From the NCBI GenBank assembly GCA_005191425.1, contig SUPR01000161.1, positions 1-5,972 on the forward strand: a stretch of 5,972 nucleotides of DNA. Reading direction: 5' to 3'. This document shows, in pieces, positions 4,879 through 5,972 of the stretch (its first letter is position 1; every line of letters begins with the position of its first letter). Source of the stretch: Candidatus Helarchaeota ASGARD archaeon Hel_GB_B. GTDB lineage: Archaea; Asgardarchaeota; Lokiarchaeia; Helarchaeales; HEL-GB-B. The notes beneath the pieces were generated by a model. It was not told where the DNA came from and searched no databases. It was given only the letters and a program-made list of their open reading frames with translations. A program made the translations under genes and the position numbers.

Positions 4879-5972
4879 TTGAGAAAATTGAATGTCTGTT
4901 ATTATATTAGCTCACATGGGTTTGGACATGCAACTAGATCAATTGCAATAATCAGAGAATTGATTAGAAAAAATATTAATATTATTATACGGGCAAATCT
5001 GCCTGAATGGTTAATAACTCAATCATTTAGAAATTATTCAATTAAATATTTCAAAGGATTTGAGACATTAAAAGTATTCCATAATGAAGATTTATTAATT
5101 CTTGAAAAAGATAAGTCAATTAATTATCTAACTAAATATTATAGAAATTATGAGAAAATTATTAAAAAAGAAGTTAAATTTTGTAAAAATAATGGTATTG
5201 ACTTAATATTATCGGATATTGAACCATCTGCATTTGAAATTGCGGATAAATGCGGAATTCCATCAATTGGGATAAGCAATTTTACTTGGATCGATATTTT
5301 TCCAGAGTTTATACCAAGTGATTCTAAGATATTAAAGCGATTTGAAAATTCTTATAGAAAAGCATCATTTGTGTTTAGGCTACCATTCCATTTCGAGATG
5401 GATTATTTCTCAAAAATTATAGATGTCCCCTTAGTATTTAGAAAATTAACAAGATCACCCGAACAAGTTAAGATACAATTAGATATACCACCTCATAATA
5501 AATTAGTATTTATCCAATTTGGAGGACATTACTTCAGTACAATTCAAAAATGGAAACAAAAATTATCAAAATTTTATAAAGAAAATCCAAGTTTTGTTTT
5601 TATTACTAATAGGTTTTCGGATTTTCAACCTGTAAAGTCCAATACCTTCATTAAGCAAATTCCATTTAATGATGTGGAAACCCAAGATTATATCCCTGAA
5701 AATATAATTATTGGGAAAACAGGTTATTCATTGGTATCAGAAGTGATTGGTTATAATTCAATATTTTTTTATACAATACGAGAAAAGTGGAAAGAAGATG
5801 ATCATTTACAAGAGGGAATAAAAAAATATGGCATCGGAAAATTCTTTTTAAGAGAAGATCTAATCAATGGAAACTGGATTGATTATATAGAAGAATTCAG
5901 TAAATCAACTAACCTAAAATCTAAATCTAAAATTAAAAAATTTGGACAAGATTTTATTGCAAAGTATATTAT
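4879..5972 (+). CDS. GT-B-fold glycosyltransferase-like protein (homolog of the L-arabinokinase N-terminal domain); 3'-partial, not in the ORF track
   Basis: Translated by hand: 364 codons with no stop up to the window edge, and an in-frame TAA upstream at 4855-4857. It begins (M)RKLNVCYYISSHGFGHATRSIAIIRELI and contains DLILSDIEP, GIPSIGISNFTW, RLPF, IDVPLVFRK, VFIQFGG, IGKTGYSLVSE, IREKWKED and REDLINGNW. The start is TTG 4879 or TTG 4888. Confidence 0.88.
   Translation, partial: MRKLNVCYYISSHGFGHATRSIAIIRELIRKNINIIIRANLPEWLITQSFRNYSIKYFKGFETLKVFHNEDLLILEKDKSINYLTKYYRNYEKIIKKEVKFCKNNGIDLILSDIEPSAFEIADKCGIPSIGISNFTWIDIFPEFIPSDSKILKRFENSYRKASFVFRLPFHFEMDYFSKIIDVPLVFRKLTRSPEQVKIQLDIPPHNKLVFIQFGGHYFSTIQKWKQKLSKFYKENPSFVFITNRFSDFQPVKSNTFIKQIPFNDVETQDYIPENIIIGKTGYSLVSEVIGYNSIFFYTIREKWKEDDHLQEGIKKYGIGKFFLREDLINGNWIDYIEEFSKSTNLKSKSKIKKFGQDFIAKYI

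Noticed and set aside
4892-4951. ATG-started 19-aa ORF (MSVIILAHMGLDMQLDQLQ) suggesting a frameshifted start for the GT-like gene
   Set aside because: The conserved YYISSHGFGH motif is already in frame with TTG 4879/4888, so no frameshift is needed.
1-5972. CRISPR array, IS/transposase, tRNA or rRNA
   Set aside because: No regularly spaced repeats, transposase motifs, cloverleaf or GC-rich structural RNA segment was seen.

Overview
AT-rich archaeal chromosomal window, most likely from an Asgard archaeon (inferred from a longin-like gene, a group II chaperonin, an archaeal-type MobB and archaeal BRE/TATA elements). It holds five genes. (1) A 5'-truncated protein with eight CxxCxGxG-type zinc-finger repeats (+, <3..908) that resembles eukaryotic SSUH2 outside the zinc finger as well. 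(2) A divergent thermosome/CCT-type chaperonin (+, 1040..2683) with GDGTKT in place of GDGTTT and an inverted repeat over its promoter. (3) mobB with a C-terminal Fe-S domain (-, 2762..3514). (4) A longin-like protein with a helical C-terminal extension (+, 3753..4610). (5) A TTG-started GT-B-fold protein resembling the N-terminal domain of plant L-arabinokinase (+, 4879..>5972), absent from the ORF track because it runs off the window. No rRNA, tRNA, CRISPR array or mobile element was seen. All homology calls come from recognising motifs by eye and from remembered sequences, not from database searches.
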